DNA of 64,000 nt, taken from positions 1,550,001-1,614,000 of the forward strand of contig CP128816.1 of NCBI GenBank assembly GCA_051546255.1. Reading direction: 5' to 3'. The notes beneath the pieces are model-generated. The model did no database searches. It saw nothing but the letters and a program-made list of their open reading frames with translations, and was not told the DNA's origin. A program made the position numbers and the translations under genes. Positions 41,874 through 52,661 of the stretch are shown piece by piece. Source of the stretch: Meyerozyma guilliermondii (Eukaryota). Within the stretch, counting starts at the first letter, position 1. The number at the start of each line of letters is the position of its first letter.

Positions 41874-43670
41874 ATGAATCCGGCACATCGACAGCGAGTG
41901 TCGCGAAAACCTTCAAGGCAGGCGGGCCTAGGGCCTTCACCAGCAGTTCCACAAAATTCAAGGGCTCATTCTCCACCAAAAGCGGACTATTTAAAGCGAT
42001 TTCAAGATCAACCGGATGCCAATGATGATTTGTTTTTTGAGGAAGTTGAGTACGACGATCATCTAGACGACGATTTCAAGACTCTCAAGATAAGTGATGT
42101 TGATAGGTGGCGTCAGGGCTTGAAAGAGGCCGGAGCCAAGACCCTGAGGCCAAATCTTCACCAATTTGTAGAAACCGAGGATGACTTTGATGACTTTCAG
42201 GACGAATTTGTCGACCGAAATGATCATGGGCTTGACTATGAGCTAGAGAACAAACGGGAAAATCATCAAAGGGCCCATGCTCAGAAAAAAGGAGGAATAT
42301 CGCCAGCAACAAGGTCGTCCTCTTCTCCCATGCGGCGAGTCTCCCTCTCAGAATACTCAGAAAACACCAACGAGACAGACCTTACATCAGAACTAAATGG
42401 TGAGGAATTCGAAAACATCGATGACATTTTTGGCGACGAAGAAAGTGGTATTTATTCGAGTGGTGGTGGGCAACAAAATGACATCAGAGCCAAACAAAGG
42501 CTTTTGAAGCAGCAACAGCATCGGCAGGCAGAGGCTCAAAAGGAAGAAGAGGATCTCCTTAGGCAGTGGAAAGGACGTGAGGAGGTGAACACCTTGCGTA
42601 TCAAGGATTTGAACCCGGTTGACTTGGACAAGGATGCATTGGAGAATGAGAGAACGATAAATTACGAATATACCAAGGACGACTTTGAGGACTTTGAAGA
42701 TGGATTCGAACTTGAACCAGCGGTAAAGTTTCAACCTGGTACAATTACCAAGTTTGGCAAATTGCACGCCAAGATTTCGATGCCTGATGTCAGACAATCT
42801 TCCAAGGCTATATCTCAAAGCAAAAAGTACAAATCCACGATGGACTTGAATCATGAAATGAGACAGCCTTCAGCATTCAACAGCAGCAATCGTGTCATTA
42901 GCAAGTTAGACCGAATCCCATCTTTTTACCACAAACCCAAACCGGACCCAGCTCCAAAATCCAAGGAAGAAAAAGACGAGGCTCAGATCAATGATATTGA
43001 AAAGAAGAAGCAGCAGCTATTGAACAAGTATATGGAGTTCACCGTGAAGCAGAACAAGATATCAAGAAAGAATAGGCAGCAGGCAGAACGACCTCGGAAT
43101 TCCAAAATTGGGTTGGTGAGGAATTTGAATGAAGTGCCAGTTACAACCGGTAATCACAGGATGAAGTATGATCCGGTGAAAAAGATGTGGGAAGGAAATA
43201 ACATCGATCTTGTAAAGTTCGAAAAGATACGACAGAAGCCATCACGACCACTGTTGATTACAGCTAACGATTTCAAGTCGAACAACAAAGATAAAAAGAT
43301 TCAAGGCAACATGATTTACGACGCCGATCAGATGAGATGGATCAACTTAGAGGAAGAAGAAGATGTGTTTGGAGAAGTGTCAGATTTGGTTACACCAGAT
43401 GTTCGAGACCGAGGCGTAAGTACTTTTACTCAAAGGACGACCTCGACCAATTCCGCAGTTTCGGTTCCCTCTACCACCCAGGAACTGACGCGACAAGAAG
43501 AGTTTTATATTCCAATCAAAGTATTGGAGAAGTTTCGTAAAGAGGAGTCAAAGATACGAAAGAAAACTACTCATTGGTTCAACAAAGATGAAACATACAA
43601 ACCCCATAAAAGTTCTGGCCATGACGATTTCCGTTGGGAGATCAGAAAAATGGTCATGGACACCGATTAA
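41874..43670 (+). CDS. BFA1: Mitotic exit network GAP component Bfa1/Byr4
   Basis: Acidic low-complexity body, M.YDP.KK.WEGN, GNMIYD...MRWIN, WEIRKMV; assignment from recalled family motifs. Confidence 0.75.
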   Translation: MNPAHRQRVSRKPSRQAGLGPSPAVPQNSRAHSPPKADYLKRFQDQPDANDDLFFEEVEYDDHLDDDFKTLKISDVDRWRQGLKEAGAKTLRPNLHQFVETEDDFDDFQDEFVDRNDHGLDYELENKRENHQRAHAQKKGGISPATRSSSSPMRRVSLSEYSENTNETDLTSELNGEEFENIDDIFGDEESGIYSSGGGQQNDIRAKQRLLKQQQHRQAEAQKEEEDLLRQWKGREEVNTLRIKDLNPVDLDKDALENERTINYEYTKDDFEDFEDGFELEPAVKFQPGTITKFGKLHAKISMPDVRQSSKAISQSKKYKSTMDLNHEMRQPSAFNSSNRVISKLDRIPSFYHKPKPDPAPKSKEEKDEAQINDIEKKKQQLLNKYMEFTVKQNKISRKNRQQAERPRNSKIGLVRNLNEVPVTTGNHRMKYDPVKKMWEGNNIDLVKFEKIRQKPSRPLLITANDFKSNNKDKKIQGNMIYDADQMRWINLEEEEDVFGEVSDLVTPDVRDRGVSTFTQRTTSTNSAVSVPSTTQELTRQEEFYIPIKVLEKFRKEESKIRKKTTHWFNKDETYKPHKSSGHDDFRWEIRKMVMDTD

Positions 43671-43977
43671 AAATGATACCCGTGTACCATATATAGTCAA
43701 AATAAAGACGCAATTTCAGTGAAGAGAGGTCTTGAGCATTGACCATACCGCCAGATTCAGGTACCAGAATGCAGACCCATGTGCAGCTTCGCGTCCGACA
43801 ACATTGTAGAGTATGAGCATTGGTTAATAGCCCATTGCACGTAACTTCTTGGCGCCAAGTCGACATACCAAATAAAAAGTAGTTTGAATCGCATTTATGA
43901 ACATTATCTTCTATATATTCAAAACTACCTCAATCAACGATGAGGATCATTTGAACAGGTTTTAGCCAAAAGTTAAC

Positions 43978-45615
43978 TTAGGCAATAACGACCAATGATC
44001 CCACCACGACGAAAGCACCGACCAATAAGGATCTGGCAACAACGTCGACTGACAACTTGGCGCTTCCAGACTTCTTACCAGAGCTCGAGCTTGAAGAAGA
44101 AGAGCCCGAGTCAGAAGAAGAACCAGTTTGAGAGCCAGAATCGCTCGAACCGGTTGCGGTAATGCCAGTGTGGGAAGTGGTGCGGATGGCGCCAGACACA
44201 GTTCCAAGACCGGAAGTTCCAGCAGACTTCAAGTAACTCGAACATGAAGAGGCAGTGGTAGCCTTCTTGATAGATGCAGAACCATCAAAGTCACAAGCAG
44301 ACTTGCTCTTGTCTTGGTCCAAGTAGTACAAGTTCAAGACAAAGTTCAACTTGTCCTTAGGAGAACATGGTGAGTAAGCACCGTACTTACCGGTGGTGGA
44401 GTCTCCGTTGATACCAGAACAGTCGATATTTCCACACACTTCTCCAAACAAGTCACCGTAGTCACTAGAGTCAACACTGCTATCAACAACACACTCCAAA
44501 GAATCGGACATACAGTTACAGACCTGGTCATCTGGAGTTGGAGGCAATTCGGTGGAAGCATCCCAGTTACTGGTACTAGTAGGACAGGAAGTGACGGTTG
44601 TGGAGCTTACATCCAGCGACTTGGCACTGGAAGGAGAGATGCTGGCCATTTCAGACTTCAAGTAGTTGAAGTCAGCCAATGTGGAAACCGAGTCGCCTTT
44701 AACCGACACCAAACCATAGTCGTTTGTTTCTTGGAAGTACATGTACACGATACCACCAGACCAGACGTCAGTCATTTGACTACCGAAAAGGGTACCAACT
44801 TCTTGGAACTTTCTTGGTTGAACTTTGTTACATCCGTATTCGGAGAAGAAGATTGGAATACCCAAGTTTTTGTAATCATCAGTGGCATCAGAGTAACCGG
44901 AGGTTTTGTAAGAGGAACTTCCACACCATTCGTACATGTTGATACCGAAGAAATCGGCTCTGTCGGAGTAATCTCCACAAGCAAAGTAATCAGCCAAAGA
45001 AACTCTGATGTCTTGATCATCATTGGCAGAGTATCCAACAGGAATTGTTCTATAACCTTGAGCCTTGATGTAGGCCTTGGTGTCTCTAACAGCGGCTTTC
45101 ACATAAGCGGAGGCATTGGTGTTTGACTTTTCATTGGTGACTTCGTTACCAGCAAAGAAACCCAACACATTGGTGTAGTTGTGAAACAAATCGACGACAC
45201 CGGTGTAACGGTTGTACAACTCGACGTTCCATTGAGGATCGTCTCTGTTGATAGACATATCAGGCTCGGAAAGATCGGCAATCACATAAATATCGTTGTC
45301 TTGCAACATTTGCATACAGTCGGTGTGATCCAATGAAACGTTCAAGGCGTAAACTCTGATGACATTGGTGCTCAACTGTTTCAAGTAAGGAATGTCTCTC
45401 TTACACGCATCGGCATCGGCCAAAGGATCAACAAAACTCAGTGTATCAGTCGAGTTCAGCACATCTTGTTGGTAGGCAACACCCTTGATGAAAAATTGGG
45501 AACCATTGTTGGAGTAAAAAAACTTGTTACCAACGATCTCGATGGCAGGCAAGTCGTCGGCAACAACCATAGACACTGCAGCAGCAGCCACAGCCAAAAG
45601 AGACTTAAACAACAT
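43978..45615 (-). CDS. PHR2: GPI-anchored beta-1,3-glucanosyltransferase (GH72 + X8), Phr2/Gas1-like
   Basis: Signal peptide, [38 protein letters not shown], Cys-rich X8, Ser-rich stalk, hydrophobic GPI tail; ATG 45615. Confidence 0.85.
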   Translation of the reverse strand: MLFKSLLAVAAAAVSMVVADDLPAIEIVGNKFFYSNNGSQFFIKGVAYQQDVLNSTDTLSFVDPLADADACKRDIPYLKQLSTNVIRVYALNVSLDHTDCMQMLQDNDIYVIADLSEPDMSINRDDPQWNVELYNRYTGVVDLFHNYTNVLGFFAGNEVTNEKSNTNASAYVKAAVRDTKAYIKAQGYRTIPVGYSANDDQDIRVSLADYFACGDYSDRADFFGINMYEWCGSSSYKTSGYSDATDDYKNLGIPIFFSEYGCNKVQPRKFQEVGTLFGSQMTDVWSGGIVYMYFQETNDYGLVSVKGDSVSTLADFNYLKSEMASISPSSAKSLDVSSTTVTSCPTSTSNWDASTELPPTPDDQVCNCMSDSLECVVDSSVDSSDYGDLFGEVCGNIDCSGINGDSTTGKYGAYSPCSPKDKLNFVLNLYYLDQDKSKSACDFDGSASIKKATTASSCSSYLKSAGTSGLGTVSGAIRTTSHTGITATGSSDSGSQTGSSSDSGSSSSSSSSGKKSGSAKLSVDVVARSLLVGAFVVVGSLVVIA

Positions 45616-46377
45616 CACCAAAGTTTGCTGGAAAAAATTCTCTCGAAACTGGCGCGACAAGGGTGGATTTTAATAGTGGAACGCCAAATCCGCCAAAACG
45701 AGGCTTGTGATTACCAAATATAAATAGCCTATTTAGGCGCGGTAGTGCTGCGGTTACAATTGTTTTGAGCAATCAACATACTTGATTTAATCGTTGAAGA
45801 AATTTATCAAGATTTATGTAGTCTACATGCTTCATACTGTACACAAATACTCAAATCATCATCGTATTTCGTTCGATTACTTCAGATCAGGGCATCTTTC
45901 TTGGCGAGCCCTGACACATTTGTGCGTTAAAAATGGGCGGAAATAAAAAAACCACGCACGTGACTAACCGATCCGGTCCGCGACCTTCTCCTAAATGCGG
46001 CAAAAAGTAGCATGGCTCGGCGAAGTTAACGGGGCGTAAAGTTTCGTGTTCCAAATTCAAAAATCCCGCCTCCGGCACGCGACACCGCCCACGGCAACCG
46101 CTAACATATGCGGGATCTTGCCGTACAGCCGAGACGCGAAACGCACCCAATCACTTTGCACTTTTAGATATAATGGACCTGCACCCAGTTTCATCTCGGA
46201 GCGGCGCCAAAACGTGTTGTGGTCGTGTAGGAGCAGTCGTGTAAATGTGAGCCGGTACGAGTGGGGTCGTCCACGTACCACACCATCCCCACCAGCCCTC
46301 CCCACATCTGACTAAGCACTGATTCAGCGACAACTTTTTCGGTGTCGGAATGGCGATTTTTCACTCCCACATTTATC

Positions 46378-47496
46378 ATGTCTGACGAAAAGATCATCGA
46401 AGACGTATCGGAGGTCGAGGACTCGGGGCTCATCGAAGCTTACATTCGTTTCAACGATGATGAGGAGAAGGATTATTGTTTTCAGATTAAGGTATCATCA
46501 GTGTTTTCTGACTTGAACAAGATTTTCAACAGCCTCCCGATTTCTCTTCGTCCCAGTATTTTCTTTAATTCACGTCCTGTGGGCTATAAGGTGCTGACTT
46601 CGCCCGGCTACTTGACCGAGGATGGCGCTTTGCTTTTCAGTTACGAGGTGAGTAAAAAGGAGTTTCAAAAATCAGTATCTCTTAATGATAAAATCAGCGA
46701 TAAAGTTTGGCCGGGCCAACTTATTCTTCCTGTTTGGGAGTTCAATTACTTTGGATTCTACAGCTTTGTATTGTTCTTGTTGACGTGGCTTTACACCGAT
46801 CTCCCAGACTTTATTTCTCCCACCCCTGGTATCTGCTTGACCAACCAAATTAGTAGAGTAGTGGGTAATTTACTAATCAGATTCGACCAGCACAAGATTG
46901 CAGAGTTGTTTTTGGCTGATCTCGAGACGGAAGTGGGAATTACTGCCCAGATTTTGTTTTTCATCGTTCATGTCGTCAAGTGTTTGGGTATCTTAACTGC
47001 ACTTTACATTGGAATGTTCAACCCAATTCGGGTGTTCAAGTTTGGCGATACACCACCCAAGGATGTTAGTAAGGAACAATTGATTGACATGGGATGGACT
47101 GGTGCGAGAAGAGCTACTCCAGAAGAGTACAAGGACTTTTACCGTGAATACAAAATCAAGCAACATGGAGGCATGATTCCCGCTCATGAAGCCGGTTTAT
47201 TCAAGAAATTGGAACATTTGGGAGTTTTCTTGGGTAGAGGTGAAGGGTTCGACACTCCATTGGATGATAAATCTACACTCAAAGATCTTTTGGATGAAGA
47301 TAATCAGAAATTCACTCTCAACTACCAATACTTGGCCAAGTTGGGTCAGTTTTTCGAATCGTACACCGCCGAAAACGACTCGAATATGGTGGAGGCCATT
47401 AAACAATTCAGAAGGTACGGCATCTTGCACAGCGACGAAGTGATCTCCAAGATCGTTTCCATCAGAAAGGGCCGTGGAGACTCTCGTATCGAGTAA
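46378..47496 (+). CDS. GSF2: ER membrane protein Gsf2
   Basis: YIRFNDDEEKDYCFQ, LRPSIF, PGYLTEDG.LLF, WLYTDLPD.ISPTPGICLTNQ, GWTG.RRAT. Confidence 0.9.
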   Translation: MSDEKIIEDVSEVEDSGLIEAYIRFNDDEEKDYCFQIKVSSVFSDLNKIFNSLPISLRPSIFFNSRPVGYKVLTSPGYLTEDGALLFSYEVSKKEFQKSVSLNDKISDKVWPGQLILPVWEFNYFGFYSFVLFLLTWLYTDLPDFISPTPGICLTNQISRVVGNLLIRFDQHKIAELFLADLETEVGITAQILFFIVHVVKCLGILTALYIGMFNPIRVFKFGDTPPKDVSKEQLIDMGWTGARRATPEEYKDFYREYKIKQHGGMIPAHEAGLFKKLEHLGVFLGRGEGFDTPLDDKSTLKDLLDEDNQKFTLNYQYLAKLGQFFESYTAENDSNMVEAIKQFRRYGILHSDEVISKIVSIRKGRGDSRIE

Positions 47497-47950
47497 TATT
47501 ACGTTTATACATAATTTTAATGTCTATATTAGTACAATTCGAATTGACTCGGAACTCTATCTGATGAGATCTTTTCTGACATAATCATAATTTAATTAGT
47601 GCTAACGATGATAGAGACTACTACTGATATATCATTTTAAGCTCTATCTCCAATTAACCCATATTAGTCAATCGGATGTGGTATTTGAGGGAGACATCCA
47701 CGTAAGTGAACGTCCACAATCAGATACTTGTCTTGATTTACGAAGTGTGGTGCAGACGTCCTCACTGGAACATACTTGCACTTACATATTACAACAGTGT
47801 GGTCATGCTTTTCAAGTGTTGTTTGGTGACCATTTCTACTTCAGAATCACACTTATTATCGAAACGACATAGTCCCCAATTCTATTAGTCTAGAAACTTT
47901 CGATAATACAACCAAGTTTCTTTATATTAGACTCGATCCCACATGCCCAA

Positions 47951-48123
47951 TTGAGTAAGTTGGTCAATTCATCATACACCGAAAACCATTCGAATATGAT
48001 GGGGGCGATCAAGTATGATGGCGTGATCAAATAATTTAGAAGGTACGAGAGAACGACATGATCTCCATCAATCAGCAAGAACCGGAGACTCTCGTATCAA
48101 ATATTACCTTCATAAATAATTTG
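47951..48123 (+). pseudogene. Decayed tandem duplicate of the GSF2 3' end and 3' flank
   Basis: Colinear blocks shared with 47332-47518, including TACACC, GAAAAC, TCGAATATG, AGAAGGTACG, TGATCTCCA, GGAGACTCTCGTATC (15/15) and AATATTAC; indels break the frame. Confidence 0.8.
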
Positions 48124-48192
48124 ACCAAAAAGTTGTAAGTCTTTTATACTTTATTACTATAATCAATTTATTGACTCTTCATTCACAAGCCT

Positions 48193-48236
48193 GCCACACC
48201 CCGGTACCGGCTTGCAGCCAACGTGTGCATCACGTG
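48193..48236. promoter_or_regulatory. Met31/32-like core and Cbf1 site upstream of MET6
   Basis: GCCACA 48193-48198 (TGTGGC core); TCACGTG 48230-48236. Confidence 0.6.
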
Positions 48237-48305
48237 CGTTTACAGCATGAAAATTTTCGCGATATAAAGTCGCCGGTCGCCCAATTCGCAGACAAACTAA
48301 TTGAA

Positions 48306-50609
48306 ATGGTTCAATCGTCAGTATTAGGTTTCCCCCGTATTGGAGGACAAAGAGAGTTGAAGAAGGTCACTGAGGCCTACTGGGGTGGAAAGGTTTCTGT
48401 GGATGACTTGTTGGCTAAGGGTAAGGAATTGAGAGCTCACAACTGGAAATTGCAAAAGGACGCTGGTGTCGATGTGATTCCATCTAACGATTTCTCGTTC
48501 TACGATCAAGTTTTGGACTTGTCCTTGTTGTTCAATGCCATCCCAGAAAGATACACCAAGTTCAACTTGAGCCCAATTGATGTTTTCTTCGCCATGGGTA
48601 GAGGTTTGCAAAGAAAGGCCACCGAATCCACTGCTGCTGTTGATGTTACCGCATTGGAGATGGTTAAATGGTTCGATTCTAACTACCATTACGTCAGACC
48701 AACCTTCTCTCACTCCACTGACTTCAAGTTGAACACTTCTGCTGGTGTCAAGCCAGTCGATGAGTACTTGGAGGCTAAGGCTTTGGGAATTGAGACTAGA
48801 CCAGTGATCCTCGGTCCAGTTTCTTACCTTTACTTGGGTAAGGCTGACAAGGACTCTTTGGACTTGGAACCAATCTCGTTGTTGGAAAAGGTATTGCCAG
48901 TTTACAAGGAATTGTTGGCTAAGTTGAAGGAAGCTGGTGCCAATGAGGTTCAAATCGATGAACCTGTCTTGGTGTTGGACTTGCCAGAAGCCGTCAAGTC
49001 AAAGTTCCAAACTGCTTACGACGCCCTTGTTGGTGACAACCTCCCACAACTCATCTTGACCACCTACTTTGGTGATGTTAGACCAAACTTGGATGCCATC
49101 AAGTCTTTGCCAGTTGCTGGATTCCACTTTGACTTTGTCAGAGTTCCAGAACAAGCCGATGAGGTTGCTTCCATCTTGAACGGTAAGCAAACTTTGTCTG
49201 TTGGTATCGTTGATGGTAGAAACATTTGGAAGACCGACTTTGCTAAGGCTACCGCTTTTGTTAATAAGGTTGCCGACAAGGTTGGTAAGGACAAGGTTAT
49301 TGTCTCTACCTCTTCTTCTTTGTTGCACACTCCTGTCGACCTCGACAACGAGAAAAAATTGGACCCTGTCATCAAGGACTGGTTCTCTTTTGCTACCCAA
49401 AAAGTGCAAGAAGTTGTCACCATCGCCAAGAATGTTAGCGGTGAGGATGTTTCCGAGGCTTTGGCTGCTAACGCGAAGTCTATCAAGTCCAGACAAGAAT
49501 CTTCTATCACCACCAACCCTAAGGTTCAAGAGAGATTGGCTACCGTCAACGAGGCTTTGTCCACCAGAAAGGCTCCTTTCGACGAGAGATTGCCAGCTCA
49601 ACAAGCCAAGTACAACTTGCCATTGTTCCCAACCACCACCATTGGTTCATTCCCTCAAACCAAGGATATCAGAATCAACAGAAACAAGTTCGTTAAGGGT
49701 GAATTGACTGCTCAACAATACGAGGAATTCATCAACAAGGAGATTGAGACTGTTGTTAGATTCCAAGAGGAGATTGGATTGGATGTGTTGGTCCACGGTG
49801 AACCAGAGAGAAACGACATGGTTCAATACTTTGGTGAACAATTGGACGGTTTTGCTTTCACCACCAACGGTTGGGTTCAATCTTACGGTTCCAGATACGT
49901 CAGACCACCAGTAGTTGTTGGTGACGTTTCTAGACCAAAGGCCATGACTGTTAAGGAGTCCGTGTACGCACAATCTATCACCAAGAAGCCAATGAAGGGT
50001 ATGTTGACTGGTCCAGTTACCTGTTTGAGATGGTCCTTCCCAAGAGATGATGTCTCTCAAAAGGTTCAAGCTTTGCAATTGGGTTTGGCCTTGAGAGATG
50101 AAGTTCAAGACTTGGAAGCTGCTGGTATCACTGTCATCCAAGTGGATGAGCCAGCTATCAGAGAAGGTTTGCCATTGAGAGCCGGTAAGGAAAGATCCGA
50201 CTACTTGAACTGGGCTGCTCAATCTTTCAGAGTCGCTACTTCTGGTGTTGAGAACGACACTCAAATCCACTCGCACTTCTGTTACTCTGACTTGGATCCA
50301 AACCATATCAAGGCTTTGGATGCCGATGTCGTTTCTATTGAGTTTTCCAAGAAGGACGACCCTAACTACATCCAAGAGTTCTCCAACTACCCTAACCACA
50401 TTGGATTGGGTTTGTTCGATATCCACTCTCCAAGAATTCCTTCTAAGGAAGAATTCGTGGCCAGAATTGAGGAGATCTTGAAGGTCTACCCAGCCAACAA
50501 GTTCTGGGTTAACCCTGACTGCGGTTTGAAGACCAGAGGCTGGGAAGAGACTAGAGCTTCGTTGACCAACATGGTGGACGCAGCCAAGCACTTCCGTGCC
50601 AAGAACTAA
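48306..50609 (+). CDS. MET6: Cobalamin-independent methionine synthase
   Basis: MVQSSVLGFPRIG, KWFDSNYHY, HGEPERNDMV, HSHFCYS, WVNPDCGLKTR; strong codon bias. Confidence 0.98.
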   Translation: MVQSSVLGFPRIGGQRELKKVTEAYWGGKVSVDDLLAKGKELRAHNWKLQKDAGVDVIPSNDFSFYDQVLDLSLLFNAIPERYTKFNLSPIDVFFAMGRGLQRKATESTAAVDVTALEMVKWFDSNYHYVRPTFSHSTDFKLNTSAGVKPVDEYLEAKALGIETRPVILGPVSYLYLGKADKDSLDLEPISLLEKVLPVYKELLAKLKEAGANEVQIDEPVLVLDLPEAVKSKFQTAYDALVGDNLPQLILTTYFGDVRPNLDAIKSLPVAGFHFDFVRVPEQADEVASILNGKQTLSVGIVDGRNIWKTDFAKATAFVNKVADKVGKDKVIVSTSSSLLHTPVDLDNEKKLDPVIKDWFSFATQKVQEVVTIAKNVSGEDVSEALAANAKSIKSRQESSITTNPKVQERLATVNEALSTRKAPFDERLPAQQAKYNLPLFPTTTIGSFPQTKDIRINRNKFVKGELTAQQYEEFINKEIETVVRFQEEIGLDVLVHGEPERNDMVQYFGEQLDGFAFTTNGWVQSYGSRYVRPPVVVGDVSRPKAMTVKESVYAQSITKKPMKGMLTGPVTCLRWSFPRDDVSQKVQALQLGLALRDEVQDLEAAGITVIQVDEPAIREGLPLRAGKERSDYLNWAAQSFRVATSGVENDTQIHSHFCYSDLDPNHIKALDADVVSIEFSKKDDPNYIQEFSNYPNHIGLGLFDIHSPRIPSKEEFVARIEEILKVYPANKFWVNPDCGLKTRGWEETRASLTNMVDAAKHFRAKN

Positions 50610-50926
50610 GGATGTTTTTTTGGATAGGACCCCACTACATGAGGTTTGCATTATTCAATTCTTTGTTGATGCTGTATCCTTGATTACATTTATTCAACAT
50701 TAATGTAATTTACGTTTGCTCTGATGATTGACGAGTTTTTTTTTATATAGTTGTTTTTTATACAGTTGGGGGCAGGGATTTCAACATTCGGTTAATAAAA
50801 GTATCGCCGGTTGGCGATGTTTAAATCATGTAGATAACATTTATTTTTGGTCAGTGACTGTATAGTGGGTGTATTGAGGTAGACACCTTAAAGTTCCTGC
50901 GTAGCTTTTCTCTTTCTATTGCCACC

Positions 50927-52003
50927 ATGGATACCGAACAAGAGCAATTGATTGATCAATTCATAAATGTGACTGGCTCGTCGCGGAACCTTGCAGAGCA
51001 GTATCTTCTGCGTAACAAAAATGACATCATGAATGCCATTGAGGATTATTATGCTTCAAATGACAAGTCTCTGAATCGTCAAACTTCTGGAATTAACACC
51101 CTTTCTAGTTTGAGAAAAGATGATGAAGATGATAAGACAGATACAAACTTCTTTACTGGCGGTGAGAAGTCTGCTCTTCAAGTGGAAGATCCCAACAAAG
51201 ATAAGAAAAAACTGGAAAAGTCCCTTATAGAACAAATCTTTCAAAGAGCTCGCGATCAAATGGAACAGCCAGATGATCGTCCTTCCGCTCAAGACGATGA
51301 CGAGGACAATTCACGTCCCGGGAGATCATTCGAAGGCACTGGATTCAAATTGGGTGATGGTTTGACTCCATCTCAGCCAATTGAGTCTGCCTCTTCTCAC
51401 ATACAGCCCAAGCGTGAAAAGAAAGTGTCAAGAGAAATTACGTTTTGGCGCCAGGGATTCACTGTGGGTGACGGTCCCTTGAACCGGTATGACGATCCTA
51501 ATAACGAGGAGGTGCTTCAGGAACTCAATCGTGGCCGGGTGCCAATTGCCATACTTGATGTTGAGTTTGGTCAGGATGTTGATGTGAGCGTATTCAAGAA
51601 AACTGACGAAGATTGGACCCCTCCTAAACGAAAGGTTGGTGGCTTCCATGGCCTGGGACACCGTTTAGGCTCCCCTGTACCAGGAGAATCACCAGTGGCT
51701 ACAGAACAGAATCCAGAACCACAGGCGGCTTCTGTAGACGCATCTAAACCTAAAGACGAAGGAGAGGGCGATTCCGTCGTACAGATCCGGTTTGCCAATG
51801 GAAAGAGAGTATCACATAAGTTCAATTCATCCGATACCATAGCTACAATCTACCGGTTTGTTCGTGAACACCCCAACACAGAGACGGCAAGACCATTCGT
51901 ATTGTCGCATTCATTTCCAGTGAAACCTATTCCAGAATCCGATGAGACTACTGTTGCCGAGGCCAAGCTTAAGAATGCAGTTATAGTCCAGAGATGGAGC
52001 TAA
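50927..52003 (+). CDS. SHP1: Cdc48 adaptor p47/Shp1 (UBA-SEP-UBX)
   Basis: FFTGGEKS, REITFW.QGF, SHP box GGF.G.G.RLGS, QIRFANG, SFP. Confidence 0.95.
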   Translation: MDTEQEQLIDQFINVTGSSRNLAEQYLLRNKNDIMNAIEDYYASNDKSLNRQTSGINTLSSLRKDDEDDKTDTNFFTGGEKSALQVEDPNKDKKKLEKSLIEQIFQRARDQMEQPDDRPSAQDDDEDNSRPGRSFEGTGFKLGDGLTPSQPIESASSHIQPKREKKVSREITFWRQGFTVGDGPLNRYDDPNNEEVLQELNRGRVPIAILDVEFGQDVDVSVFKKTDEDWTPPKRKVGGFHGLGHRLGSPVPGESPVATEQNPEPQAASVDASKPKDEGEGDSVVQIRFANGKRVSHKFNSSDTIATIYRFVREHPNTETARPFVLSHSFPVKPIPESDETTVAEAKLKNAVIVQRWS

Positions 52004-52087
52004 GTAGAAATAAAATTAATTCATTCTCTTAAAATAGGCTTGTTCGGCTCAGCTGTATTATCTTGCGCCGACTTTCTTTCACGGTTC

Positions 52088-52159
52088 AGCGCCGTGGCGC
52101 AGTGGAAGCGCGCAGGGCTCATAACCCTGATGTCCCCGGATCGAAACCGGGCGGCGCTA
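52088..52159 (+). tRNA. Initiator tRNA-Met(CAT)
   Basis: AGCGCCG/CGGCGCT acceptor with A1:U72, GGG/CCC anticodon stem, CAT anticodon, GATCGAAA T-loop, T-run downstream. Confidence 0.97.
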
Positions 52160-52246
52160 TTCTTTTTTTCCTGCACTAACTTTTTTGGTCACGACAGGAT
52201 TCGCGGCCACGTCGCGAGTTCGTTATCCTGTAGTTTTCTAGTTAAA

Positions 52247-52580
52247 ATGGTATGGCTCTATTTGCAGTGGGCTTTGGCTCATCTTGATCCTTCTCATCCA
52301 CTCAGATCGGTAGAGGCTTTTGCCGAATATACTCAGTCTTCTCTTGTTTTCTCTTTCCGTTTGAATAGTCTTGTCTCTAATACTAACAGATCAGGCATTG
52401 CAGACGCCCAAACAGAAGCAAGCGAACCAAAAGTTCGCCAAGAGAAACACTCGAATTCAAGGAAAGCCCCGGGCCGTAGCAAAGAAAACCGAGTATCCAG
52501 TTTCTAGAAGTTGGGTTTTCGTTTTGGTATTCTTAGTATGCGGTGGGGCGGTTCTTGAATTGGTGAGGATGTTCTTTTAA
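52247..52580 (+). CDS. YSY6: RAMP4/SERP1-family tail-anchored protein, 2 exons: 52247-52249, 52395-52580 (62 aa)
   Basis: ATG|GTATGG...TACTAAC...CAG gives MALQTPKQKQANQKF...FLVCGGAVLELVR. Confidence 0.88.
52250..52394 (+). other. 145-nt intron directly after the YSY6 start codon
   Basis: GTATGG 5' site, TACTAAC 52381-52387; the CAG ending at 52394 is the AG that restores the frame. Confidence 0.85.
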
Positions 52581-52661
52581 CTTCTTTAATTCTTTTATGG
52601 AAAATTCTACAGGGTCACTCGTGATAGCATTAATATAAGGTATAAGTTAGATATTTGTAGT

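Noticed and set aside
43823..43867. Minus-strand GTATGT ... TATTAAC downstream of PHR2
   Set aside because: No AG close to the branch-like site, unlike all real introns in this window.
47561..47590. CTGATGA resembling a hammerhead ribozyme core or snoRNA box C, with CTGA nearby
   Set aside because: No GAAA core or flanking stems, and the C-D spacing is far too short for a snoRNA.
48171..48305. Non-ATG upstream extensions of MET6 (also FRA1, ATE1, PRP18, LEU5, GSF2, TCD2, STF2)
   Set aside because: Artefact of bacterial-style start codons in the ORF track; these stretches contain promoter motifs.
48324..50651. Long antisense ORFs over MET6 (209, 201, 334 aa); similar ones over FAS2, PHR2 and ARO8
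   Set aside because: Expected shadow of strong codon bias (few TTA/CTA/TCA codons means few antisense stops); no recognisable protein motifs.
50919..50930. TTGCCACC (Rpn4/PACE-like) / GCCACCATGG at the SHP1 start
   Set aside because: Abuts the ATG, so probably within the 5' UTR, and is an imperfect PACE; cannot be distinguished from chance.
52040..52246. 155-aa ORF running through tRNA-iMet; likewise ORF 36131-36340 over tRNA-Thr
   Set aside because: Overlaps clear tRNA genes; no coding signature.
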